From a virus (lineage: Duplodnaviria > Caudoviricetes): a stretch of 35,225 bases of DNA. Each line of letters opens with the position of its first letter. Positions within the stretch are counted from its first letter, which is position 1. The position numbers and the translations under genes are program-made. Shown here piece by piece: positions 1-9,900 of this stretch. The notes under the pieces are model-generated. The model was not told the DNA's origin. It did not search any database and saw only the letters and a program-made list of their open reading frames with translations. Where the stretch lies: positions 1-35,225 of IMG/VR virus record IMGVR_UViG_3300012936_000066. One strand, written 5' to 3'.

Positions 1-333
1 ACATCTGTAGCACATTGGTTAGATGAGGATGATTTTCGTACCAATGGTGGTGTGATGAATCACGAGACTCTCGAAAGTATATCCAAGAGAAAGAAACCAT
101 TCACAGTTGACTATACAGGTTTCGGTTGGCTCCTTATCAAGAAGGGTGTATTTGAACATGCAGACATGAAGTATCCATGGTTCGCACCAAAGATGCAGGT
201 ATTTGAATCTGGAGAAGTGCAGGATATGTGTGGAGAGGATGTCTCATTCTGTTTAGATGCAAAAGAAGCAGGATTTGAAATCTGGTGTGACCCTCGTATT
301 CGTGTTGGTCATGAGAAGACAAGAGTAATCTAA
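1..333 (+). CDS. Glycosyltransferase-like protein (GT-A/GT2-like fold), 5'-truncated by the window edge
   Basis: Frame +1 is open from base 1 (TSVAHWLDEDDFRTNGGVMNHET...), so the gene begins upstream of the window. The C-terminal motifs TGFGWLLIKKGVFE, YPWF, GEDVSFC and CDPRIRVGH resemble the C-terminal half of GT2-like GT-A enzymes (GED motif, terminal His). Confidence 0.6.
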   Translation, partial: TSVAHWLDEDDFRTNGGVMNHETLESISKRKKPFTVDYTGFGWLLIKKGVFEHADMKYPWFAPKMQVFESGEVQDMCGEDVSFCLDAKEAGFEIWCDPRIRVGHEKTRVI

Positions 334-492
334 ATGGCAGATCGATATAGTATCTACATTGAAGGTGTTGAGAAGTTCTCAGACCTTACACAATTTGAAT
401 ATTTTGATATTATGGAGGATTTGGCAATTGAGTTTTATCAGACAGGCAAACCAAATCCTTCTGATATTCATACAGAAATTATAGGAGATTAA
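334..492 (+). CDS. Small acidic hypothetical protein, 52 aa (MADRYSIYIEGVEKFSDLTQFEYFDIMEDLAIEFYQTGKPNPSDIHTEIIGD)
   Basis: Translated by hand; too short for the ORF track. The ATG directly follows the upstream TAA, and the ORF fills the gap up to the next RBS. Confidence 0.75.
   Translation: MADRYSIYIEGVEKFSDLTQFEYFDIMEDLAIEFYQTGKPNPSDIHTEIIGD
483..487 (+). promoter_or_regulatory. Shine-Dalgarno site (AGGAG) for the ORF starting at 498
   Basis: AGGAG lies 10 nt before ATG 498. Confidence 0.65.
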
Positions 493-497
493 AAATT

Positions 498-644
498 ATG
501 GCAAAAATGAAGAGTAGTCTGACAGGTAACCTGTTTGTAGAGACAAGACCGAAAAAAACTCGTCAGGGAAGCGGAAAACACTCGAAATACTCGGCAACTT
601 CGCGTAACTCGGCTCGTAAAAGGTATCGAGGTCAGGGAAAATGA
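498..644 (+). CDS. Small, highly basic protein, 48 aa, ending in RKRYRGQGK
   Basis: Translated by hand: MAKMKSSLTGNLFVETRPKKTRQGSGKHSKYSATSRNSARKRYRGQGK. It has a good SD, and its stop overlaps the next start (ATGA at 641-644). I recall the YRGQG terminus from small marine-phage hypothetical proteins. Confidence 0.75.
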   Translation: MAKMKSSLTGNLFVETRPKKTRQGSGKHSKYSATSRNSARKRYRGQGK

Positions 645-793
645 ATTGCTGGCACTGCGGTACTGAGTTAATCTGGGGTGCGGATCACGATATGGAAGAT
701 GTAAATGATGGAGAAGAGTCTGAATATGACTTTTTCTCCAATTTTACTTGCCCCAAATGTCAATCTTACGTTGAAGTTTATCATCACAAATAA
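641..793 (+). CDS. Small zinc-ribbon protein, 50 aa (CxxC...CxxC)
   Basis: Translated by hand: MNCWHCGTELIWGADHDMEDVNDGEESEYDFFSNFTCPKCQSYVEVYHHK. It is coupled upstream by ATGA and downstream by TAATG. Confidence 0.75.
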   Translation: MNCWHCGTELIWGADHDMEDVNDGEESEYDFFSNFTCPKCQSYVEVYHHK

Positions 794-1482
794 TGTCTAC
801 TCTAATTGCGAACCTACCCTCCTATGAAGTATGGGTAAGAAAAGAATATTTAACCGACCATCAGAGTGGTCACGGTGAATTTGTCAAAGGTGTATGGGTT
901 TCTGCCAAAAGTATACCTGGTCGTGCGTTTTATTTTGAGACTTACCTTCCAGAATATGCTGCAATGTTCGATAAATTGCCAATTTCGGCATTTACAACTG
1001 ACCCAGAGTTGCCAAAACCTGATATGACACTTCATAATCTTCAATTTTGGAACTGTATGGACTATGGAGTCGTTGCAGTACAGAAACAATTCATTGGAAG
1101 TATGCATTATGAGGTCATGACAAGAGATTATGGTAACCAAACTGGTACTTATATCTGTACTTTGGACAATTATCATGAAAGTGTTGACTCAATTGACTAC
1201 TCAACAAGTGAACAACCTGCTGAACATAAGTCTCATAACCTTCTTGAACTCGATAATGGTCAATTTTGCCTCTATCCGAACAACAGAATGAGAATTTATG
1301 ACAACAGTATCACTCCTGAGATACCAAAAGTGCCTGATTTTAAGGTTTCGACTGTTTATTACCAAGTTGAGAATGGTCATGACCGCGATGGACTCGGATC
1401 TGAAGAGAATTATTTCTGGAAAACGGCAAAAGAACGAAAAAATCATGAAGTTGAGGTTAATATTGAACCAGAACTCGGTTAA
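793..1482 (+). CDS. Hypothetical phage protein, 229 aa
   Basis: Long ORF with normal codon usage, TAATG-coupled to the upstream gene and followed by a terminator. Motif-like segments EHKSHN and QFCLYPNNR are present; function not recognised. Confidence 0.85.
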   Translation: MSTLIANLPSYEVWVRKEYLTDHQSGHGEFVKGVWVSAKSIPGRAFYFETYLPEYAAMFDKLPISAFTTDPELPKPDMTLHNLQFWNCMDYGVVAVQKQFIGSMHYEVMTRDYGNQTGTYICTLDNYHESVDSIDYSTSEQPAEHKSHNLLELDNGQFCLYPNNRMRIYDNSITPEIPKVPDFKVSTVYYQVENGHDRDGLGSEENYFWKTAKERKNHEVEVNIEPELG

Positions 1483-1489
1483 ATAAATT

Positions 1490-1517
1490 AAAAATCGCCA
1501 AACAAGGCGATTTTTTT
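1490..1517 (+). terminator. Rho-independent terminator, possibly bidirectional
   Basis: AAAAATCGCC-aaacaa-GGCGATTTTTTT forms a perfect inverted repeat with a T7 run, just after the stop at 1482. Confidence 0.85.
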
Positions 1518-1528
1518 ATGGTTTGAAG

Positions 1529-1536
1529 TATAAATA
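1529..1536 (+). promoter_or_regulatory. T4-type late promoter (gp55 sigma), copy 1
   Basis: Exact TATAAATA in the intergenic region upstream of gp25. Confidence 0.75.
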
Positions 1537-1554
1537 AAGAATTATCGCTACGAG

Positions 1555-1562
1555 TATAAATA
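1555..1562 (+). promoter_or_regulatory. T4-type late promoter, copy 2
   Basis: Exact TATAAATA, ending 27 nt before the gp25 ATG. Confidence 0.8.
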
Positions 1563-1589
1563 AATCTAGCAAACTGTTTACTAAATTGA

Positions 1590-1988
1590 ATGAAAACTAG
1601 GATATCTAGGTCATTTAAGGATATTAATTTATCATTTAAACCCCATCCAGTCACAAAAGACCTTACAATTCTCAAAAATGCGAATGCAATTAAGAGATCT
1701 GTAAGAAATTTAGTGGAAACTATTCCTAGAGAGAGGTTTTTTAACCCAAATTTAGGTACAGACATTCGTTCTAGTCTATTTGACTTCTGTGACTTTGGTA
1801 CTGCATCAGTAATCGAGAGACAAATTGTTACAACTATTGAAAACTTTGAACCTCGAATCGATAATTTGGATATTGAAGTAATTCCTCGACCAGATGACAA
1901 CGAATTTGAGGTAAATATCTTCTTTGACATTGTTGGACAACAGTTTCCTCCACAAGCATTCCAGTTCATATTAGAAGCCACAAGATAA
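1590..1988 (+). CDS. gp25: Baseplate wedge subunit / sheath initiator gp25
   Basis: 132 aa with FKDINLSF...AIKRSVRNLV...ERFFNPNLG...IENFEPRI, a typical GPW/gp25 pattern; lies directly before gp6. Confidence 0.92.
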   Translation: MKTRISRSFKDINLSFKPHPVTKDLTILKNANAIKRSVRNLVETIPRERFFNPNLGTDIRSSLFDFCDFGTASVIERQIVTTIENFEPRIDNLDIEVIPRPDDNEFEVNIFFDIVGQQFPPQAFQFILEATR

Positions 1989-1989
1989 T

Positions 1990-3915
1990 ATGCCATTTAC
2001 TAAATTTACAAACTTAGATTTTGATCAGATAAAGACCTCAATAAAGGATTATCTTCGAGCGAACTCAGATTTTACTGATTTTGACTTTGAGGGGTCTAAT
2101 TTTTCAGTCTTAATTGATACTCTTGCATATAATACTTACATCACTGCGTTTAACTCAAACATGGTTGTAAATGAGTCCTTCCTTGACTCTGCAACAGTTC
2201 GAGAAAACGTTGTTTCACTTGCTCGAAACATTGGATATGTTCCAAGATCTAAGAGTGCAGCAAAGGCAACTATATCTTTTGATATAGACTCAAACGATAC
2301 CACAGAGGTGTCTACAGTGACCTTGAGGGCAGGTCTAGTTTGTATTGGTAGCAGTAATGATATTACATATACTTTCTCAATTCCAGAAGATATAACGACC
2401 ACTGTTATACCTGAATTTGATTCAGGGGGTAGTCGAACTGGATACACAGCATCTTTCAATTCAATTGAAGTTTTTCAAGGAACTTTGATTCGTAAAACTT
2501 TTACAGTTGATGGATCATTGGATCAAAGATTCATTTTAGACAATCCTTCAATTGATACATCAACAATTGTTGTATATGTAAAGGATGACCCAAGTGGTGT
2601 AGATAAAGGAACTCTGTTTACTCAAGTTGATAACATTTTAAATATTGATTCAAACTCAACAACTTTCTTAATTCAGGAAGTTCAAGATGAAAAGTATGAA
2701 CTTTTATTTGGAGATGGTATCTTTGGTCGAAAGATTGAAAATGGAAAAACAATTAACGTAACTTATCTTATAACAGATGGAAGAGAAGGAAATGGTCCTG
2801 CATTCTTCTCATTTGCTGGAAATATTGAAAATGATTCAGGGTCAGCATCAGCATTAACAAACACACCTACCATATCTGTGGTCTCTGCTGCCTCTAATGG
2901 CGGTGATATAGAGTCTGTGGACTCGATTAAGTATTTTGCCCCTCGACTTTACTCGTCACAGTACAGGGCGGTTACAGCAAGGGATTATGAGGCAATCATT
3001 CAACAAATTTATCCAAATACTGAAAGTGTTTCTGTAGTTGGAGGTGAAGAAATTGATCCACCACAATTCGGAACTGTTTTTATTACAATCAAACCAAAAA
3101 ATGGTGACTTTGTATCAGATTTTGATAAGACTCAAATATTATCAGATTTAAAAAATTATACTCTTACAGGAATTACTCAAAAACTCGTTGACTTGAAAGT
3201 TCTTCATATTGAATTAGAATCATTTATCTATTATGACTCATCAAAAGTTAAATCTATCAATGAATTAAAAACAAGAGTAATTAACGGTCTAACTACCTAT
3301 TCTAAATCAACTGATGTAAATAAATTTGGTGGTAGATTTAAGTATAGTAAAGTTTTAAGTGTAATTGATAATATTGAGGATTCAATAACATCAAATATTA
3401 CAAGAATTCGAATCAGAAGAAACTTAAATGCCCTTTTGAATCAATTTGCACAATATGAGATTTGTTTTGGTAATCAATTTAATGTCAAAAGTGAGGGATT
3501 AAATATTAAGAGCACTGGATTTAAAATTTCAGGAGTATCAGAAACAGTATTCTTAACGGATACCCCAAATACTGATAAACAAACTGGAATAGTATCAATC
3601 GTCAAGAGAGATATTGTTGATGGTCAAAAAATAATTATTGTGGAAAACGCAGGAACAGTTGATTACATCAAAGGGGAAATAAATTTAACCACAATTAATA
3701 TTACTTCAACTGATAAACCAAATAATATAATTGAGATACAAGCGTTCCCAGAATCCAATGATGTTATAGGTCTTGAAGATTTATACTTGAAATTTAACAT
3801 TGAAAGTAGTTCAATAAATATGGTTAAAGACACCATTTCATCAGGAGATCAAATATCTGGTGTTGGTTACAAAGTTACATCAAGTTATACAAACGGAGAC
3901 TTAATACGAGGATAG
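1990..3915 (+). CDS. gp6: Baseplate wedge subunit gp6
   Basis: 641 aa with the T4 gp6 signatures LDFDQIK, FTDFDFEGSN, ESFLDSA...NVVSLARNIGY.PRS, FGDG and QYRAVTARDY. Confidence 0.95.
   Translation: MPFTKFTNLDFDQIKTSIKDYLRANSDFTDFDFEGSNFSVLIDTLAYNTYITAFNSNMVVNESFLDSATVRENVVSLARNIGYVPRSKSAAKATISFDIDSNDTTEVSTVTLRAGLVCIGSSNDITYTFSIPEDITTTVIPEFDSGGSRTGYTASFNSIEVFQGTLIRKTFTVDGSLDQRFILDNPSIDTSTIVVYVKDDPSGVDKGTLFTQVDNILNIDSNSTTFLIQEVQDEKYELLFGDGIFGRKIENGKTINVTYLITDGREGNGPAFFSFAGNIENDSGSASALTNTPTISVVSAASNGGDIESVDSIKYFAPRLYSSQYRAVTARDYEAIIQQIYPNTESVSVVGGEEIDPPQFGTVFITIKPKNGDFVSDFDKTQILSDLKNYTLTGITQKLVDLKVLHIELESFIYYDSSKVKSINELKTRVINGLTTYSKSTDVNKFGGRFKYSKVLSVIDNIEDSITSNITRIRIRRNLNALLNQFAQYEICFGNQFNVKSEGLNIKSTGFKISGVSETVFLTDTPNTDKQTGIVSIVKRDIVDGQKIIIVENAGTVDYIKGEINLTTINITSTDKPNNIIEIQAFPESNDVIGLEDLYLKFNIESSSINMVKDTISSGDQISGVGYKVTSSYTNGDLIRG
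3813..3820 (+). promoter_or_regulatory. Putative late promoter for gp7, embedded in the 3' end of gp6
   Basis: AATAAATA (NATAAATA) about 97 nt upstream of the gp7 ATG. Confidence 0.5.
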
Positions 3916-3916
3916 T

Positions 3917-6900
3917 ATGATAAGCACTGGTATTGATACAAGAATAAAAGTTCAACAGATAATTGAAAATCAACTCCCTGAGTTTGTTCTATCAGAAAGT
4001 CCAAAAGCAGTTGATTTTTTAAAGCAATATTATATCTCTCAGGAATATACTGGAGGTCCGATTGACCTAACAGATAATTTAGATCAATATTTAAAGTTAG
4101 ATAACTTAACACCCGAAACACTAAAGGGTTCAGTTACTCTTGATGCATCAATTTCATCGGCAGATTCGGTAATTAATATTTCACCAAATACAAAAGGATT
4201 TCCAAAACAATATGGATTGTTAAAAATTGGCAGTGAAATCATCACATACACTGGTATCACCACAAATACCTTTACAGGATGTAAACGTGGATTCAGTGGA
4301 ATTACAACTTATAGAGATATTAACAACCCATCAGAATTAGTATTTTCTACGTCAACAGCACAAGAACATCCAAAGGGTGTAAATGTAGATAATTTAAGTT
4401 CATTATTTTTACAAGAGTTTTATAAAAAGATAAAAAATACCTTTACACCTGGTTTAGAAAATACAGATTTTGTTTCAAATTTGGATGTAAATAATTTTAT
4501 AAAGGAAGCTAGAACATTTTATGAATCAAAAGGAACAGAAGAATCTTTCCGAATCTTATTTAATGCTCTGTATGATGTAGATCCAAAAATAATTGATTTA
4601 GAAGAATATTTAATAAAACCATCTTCTGCAAAATATGTAAGAAGAAAAAGAATAGTTGCAGAAAGATTGAAAGGAGAACCTTTAAACTTAAAAGGTCAAA
4701 CTATTAGTAGGTCAACAGATACAACCTCTACTGCATCTGTATCCGAAGTTGAAATATTAACAGGTATTTCTGGAATATCCACAATCAAGGATTATTTTAT
4801 TTTAGATCTTTTTGTTGGATTTGATGAAGAAGAATTTATAACTGGAAATTTTGATGTAACAGGAAAAACAAAAGCTGTAACTGATGTTTCAATTGGTGCT
4901 TCAGTTATAACTGTAGATTCAACTGTTGGTTTTGGAACGACTGGAACAATCATTTCAGGTATAAACACAAATATTGTTTATACTGACAAAACTGTTAATC
5001 AGTTTTTAAGTTGTACAGGTATCTCAAATCAAATTAATTTGGGTGATGATGTCATTGCTGATGATAATATTTTTGGATATGAGGATGGAGATTTAACAAA
5101 AAAAGTTGAATTGAGAATTACAGGTGTATTAAGTGATTTTGTATCATCCGAAAATAATAGATTATCATTAGAAAATGAAACTATTCAGATTAAAAGTATT
5201 GGTGAAATAATTGAAAATCCAAATACAAGTAAAACTCAAAAAGAAATATTTGCAAATTCATGGATTTATAACACATCTTCAAATTATGATATTATTGATT
5301 CAATTAGCGGAACACAAAGTTTCATTCAATTAAAATCTAAGATAGATAAAGCAAGTTTAAGAGTTGGCGATTCAATTCAAATTTTAGAAAAGAAGAGTAG
5401 TCCTTTTTCTTTGGGAACCGTTGTTCAAGAATCGGTGATTGAAAGTTTAGTTATAACACAAAATAAGATAACAATAAATCCATCGTTTGAATTTAGTTCT
5501 TCAAAAAAATATGCAATTAGAAGAGTAATAAGAAAAACTTCTAGTTCTGTTGACATATTAAAATATGGAAATAATACACTTACTGCAGATGTTCAAAATG
5601 TATATAATGAATCAGATAAAAATCTATATGTAGCAAGTAATTCTCTTCCTTCATCTGGAATTAGTAAAACAACCTCAACAGTTAGTATACCAAACGTAAT
5701 TGAGAATACTACAATTCAAGACTTTAATAGTTTAGATAAAAAATACTCAACGATTTCATTTAGTGTATCTGATATTCCTTTTATAACAGGAGATCAAGTA
5801 TATTATGAACCAGAAGCAGAACCATTGGTAGGACTTACTGCTGGTCTGTATTTTGTTCGAACAGTAGGTTTTAATAAAATTAAACTATTTAAATCACCAG
5901 CTTTTATTGAAGCTAATGATTTTATCGAATTTGGTGTTCCCAGTAATACCAGCACTTTTCATAAATTTACTCTTGCAAATCAATATGATAAATTTGTAGC
6001 ACCTCAAAAATTACTTAAAAAGTATCCAGTAAACGTTGCTGAAAATTTAGGTAAAAATATAGAAACAGTTCCTGGACCTGTTGGAATGTTGATTGATGGT
6101 GTTGAAATTGAGAATGGAAAATCAACTGATAGTATTTTTTATGGATCTATTGAAAACTTTTCAGTAATTGGGTTTGGAACAGACTATGATATAATCAATC
6201 CACCTGTTATTGAAGTTGGATCAGTATCTGCTGCATCAACACAAGCATTAGTTAGTCCCGTATTAAGTGGAGATATAAAAGAGATACAAGTTGATCCACA
6301 AAATTTTGATATAGAAGATGTAATCTCAATTCAATTGACTGGAGGAAATAGTGGAGAAGCAGTTCTTCAACCAGTTCTTCGTAGAAGAAATAGAGTTTTA
6401 GAGTTTAGTGGAGTTACCAGTGCCTTTGGAGGAGGTATTGATACATTCTCAGAAACAATTACATTCTTAAAACCTCACAATTTGGTAAGTGGTCAAGTTT
6501 TAATTTATGATAAAAATAAGAATACTCAGTTAGGAATAGGAACTTTTAAAGGAAGTAACCTATCTAATTTTGAAAATCTAATTGATGGACAGCAATATTG
6601 GCCAGAGGTAGTTGGATTATCGACTATTCGACTTTATAGAAATGAAGTAGACTACACCTCAGGTATTAATACAATAGGATTTACAGATATTGCAAAGAGT
6701 GGAATACATAAATTTAAGTTAAAAGATGCTAAAAATAGTCTATCTAGTGTTAGAGTTATAAAATCAGGAAAACCTTATCTAAGTAGAAAAGTATTTGTCG
6801 ATTCTTCTCTTGGAATATCTACATACAAATCGATAGTTACATTTAAAGATCATGGATTCTCAGATGGTGAATTGGTTTCTTATTCACCATTTGTAGGTTT

Positions 6901-9900
6901 AGGTACAACTTCACCTCAAAATATATCAGGACTATCTACCACAAATCAATATAATATTATCAAAATCGATAATGATAATTTTAGAGTTGCAAATGCTGGT
7001 GTTGCTGGAACTGATAATACCAATTTTATTAGAAAAAATCATGTTGATTTTAAAACAACTGGAACAGGATATCAGTTATTTAAATATCCAGATGTTGAAT
7101 TAACTATAAATGCAATTTATTCTGTACCAACTTCTGATAAGATAAACTTAACTCCTGTCATACAAGGTCGAATCATAGATGCATCCTTGTATAGAAAAGG
7201 TAGTGGTTATGGATCAACAGATATTATTAACTATGAAAATAAACCAAATATTCTAGTTAAAAATGGAATATCAAGACCAGGCAAAAATATAACTCCATCA
7301 ATAGTTCCTATTATTTCAAATGGTAAGTTAATTAATGTCAACATTCAAGATGGTGGTGACGAATATCATTCAACTCCAGATTTAATTGTTATTGGAGATG
7401 GAACTGGTGCGAGTATAAGAGCAGTGATTGATAGAAACGAAAATTCATCTACATTCCTAAAAATAATTGATGTTGTTATCTTAAATTCTGGAACCAATTA
7501 TACTTTTGACAATACAAGAATTAATATAGTAGCCAGAGGAAAAAATGCAGTGTTTAATAGTTCTATTAAAAAACTAAGTATAAACAATATTCAGACCTCA
7601 AGACCATATAAGGAAAGATATTCTAATTTTGCATTATTACCAACTGATAACGAACTTAAGTTCACAGCGGTTGGTTATTCTACTGCCATTGGAGAATCTA
7701 GTTATGGTCAAATATCAAATAATCACTCACCAATTGTAGGATGGGCATATGATGGAAATCCAATTTATGGTCCATTTGGTTATAGTGATCCACTTGATAA
7801 TTCATCTGCAATAAAAATACTAAAGACAGGATATTCTATAAAAACAAATATAGAAGATAGGGGAGATCTACCTTTTAATTTAGGATTTTTTGTTGAAGAT
7901 TATTCGTATTTGCCAACAGATTCTACTGACTTAGATGAACATAATGGAAGATATTGTAAAACTCCAGAATATCCAAATGGTGTTTATGCATATTTTGCTG
8001 GTATCAATACTATAACAAAGGAACCAGAATTTCCTTACTTTGTTGGAAATACTTATAGGTCAACTCCAGATGTTTTAGACCCTCTCTTAACAATAGATCA
8101 ATCATTTAATTTTAATGATTCAAAGTTAGTTAGAAATACATTTCCATACAAATTATCAGATTCATTTGCAAATAACGATTTCATTATTGAATCAAATGAA
8201 ATATTATCACAAACAACAAGAGTCACATCTGTAAGTCAAGGTTCTATTGATTCATTAGATATTTTAAAATCTGGTGAAGGATATAAGGTAAATGATAATG
8301 TAGTATTTGATAATAGTAATACGAGTGGTGATGGTGTTAGTGCTTTTGTAAGTAAATTAGAAGGTAAACCAATATCTGATATTGCAACATCTTATGAAAA
8401 ACTTGAAGGTCTTACTTTTATAAGAAAAAATCCAAGCACAATCTCAGTATTTGTTTCAGATACTCATCAGTTAGAAGTTGGAAATAATCTTGAAATATCT
8501 GGACTATCAACAGATATTAAATCAGCATCTGGTGTTTCTCTAATTGGTAATCACAATATATCTGGAATTTCAACCGAGAGTACTATTTTATACAAACAAT
8601 TACCATCAAACTCAGTTGCAGGAATCGTTACTGATATATTTGTATATAAAACATCAGATTTAATTTCTGTCGGAAGTAGTATTGGAATTGGAACTGAAAA
8701 ATTACTAGTTTTAAATAAATTTAATGATAGAAATGTATTGAGAGTTCAAAGGGGTGTCACTGGAACAGCACATACACTCTCATCTGAGGTTAAGTTAATT
8801 CCTAGTTTCTTTGATATATCATTTAATTCTAATTTCTTAAATTCAAAAGTAGACGATGTAGTATATTTTAATCCTAAACAAGCTGTTGGTATTGCAACTA
8901 CAGTTGGTATTACATCAGCGATTAATGTTTCTGTTGGTGATACTACAAGCGTTGTATCAGTTCCAGCACAAAGTATTTACTTACCAAATCACCCATTTAA
9001 AACAGGACAACAAATAACATTCCAGACAGATGGAAATAGTGTTCTTGAAGTATCAAGAGATGGAGCAGCAAATCAATCATTTAACTTACCATCCACAGGT
9101 ACAAGTCAAAATTTATTTGCAATCAATAAATCTCCAAACTACATTGGAATCGTAACTCAAGTTGGTTTAATAACTTCTACCAATGGTTTATTCTTTAGAA
9201 CAAATGGTGATGATTATTTTAAATACAGATTTGAATCTAATTTCAACAAAATTACTGGAAATGTAGAAAGAATAAATTCAAAAGTAACTTTAACAACATC
9301 ACATAATTTATCTGTCGGAGATATAGTTACCTTAGACATTGCTTCTGATCAATCTGTGGGTATTGGAACCTCTACTAAGGTTAGAATTAAATATAATCAT
9401 TTAATTGAAAGTTTACTTATAAATCAGGTAGGATTTACTTCAGCAGGAATTAACACATCTAATAATACAATAACTTTAAATTCTCATGAATTTAAAACTG
9501 GAGATAAAGTATATTATGATTCAACTGATACTATCGCTGCTGGACTTGAAACTGGTGGATATTTTATTTACAGAGTAGATGATAATAATATAAAATTAGC
9601 AGAAACATTTTATGATGCAAAACAAATTCCACCCAATATCGTAAGTATTGTATCAATTGGAGGTTCTGAACATCAGTTATCATTAATTAATCCACCGATA
9701 AATGTCGTTAGAGATAATAATTTAGTATTCGACATATCAGATTCTTCATTATCTGATTTTGATTTTAAAATATATCAAGACGAAGATTTCAGTAATGATT
9801 TTGTTTCTACGGGCAAAACGACTGTAAATACAGTTTCTACTTCAGGAACAATTGGAGTGACACCAACAGCTACTCTAACTTTAAATTATTCAACTAATAA

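Noticed and set aside
331-336. In-frame TAA-ATG junction suggesting readthrough fusion or stop-codon reassignment
   Set aside because: All long ORFs are intact under the standard code, and TAA, TAG and TGA all end genes at sensible positions. Translational reinitiation explains the junction.
1298-1486. 62-aa plus-strand ORF in an alternative frame of the 229-aa gene
   Set aside because: It is almost entirely nested, with no RBS or slippery site evident.
1457-1996. 179-aa minus-strand ORF opposite gp25
   Set aside because: It fully shadows a clearly conserved plus-strand gene, crosses the promoter and terminator region, and shows no recognisable motif.
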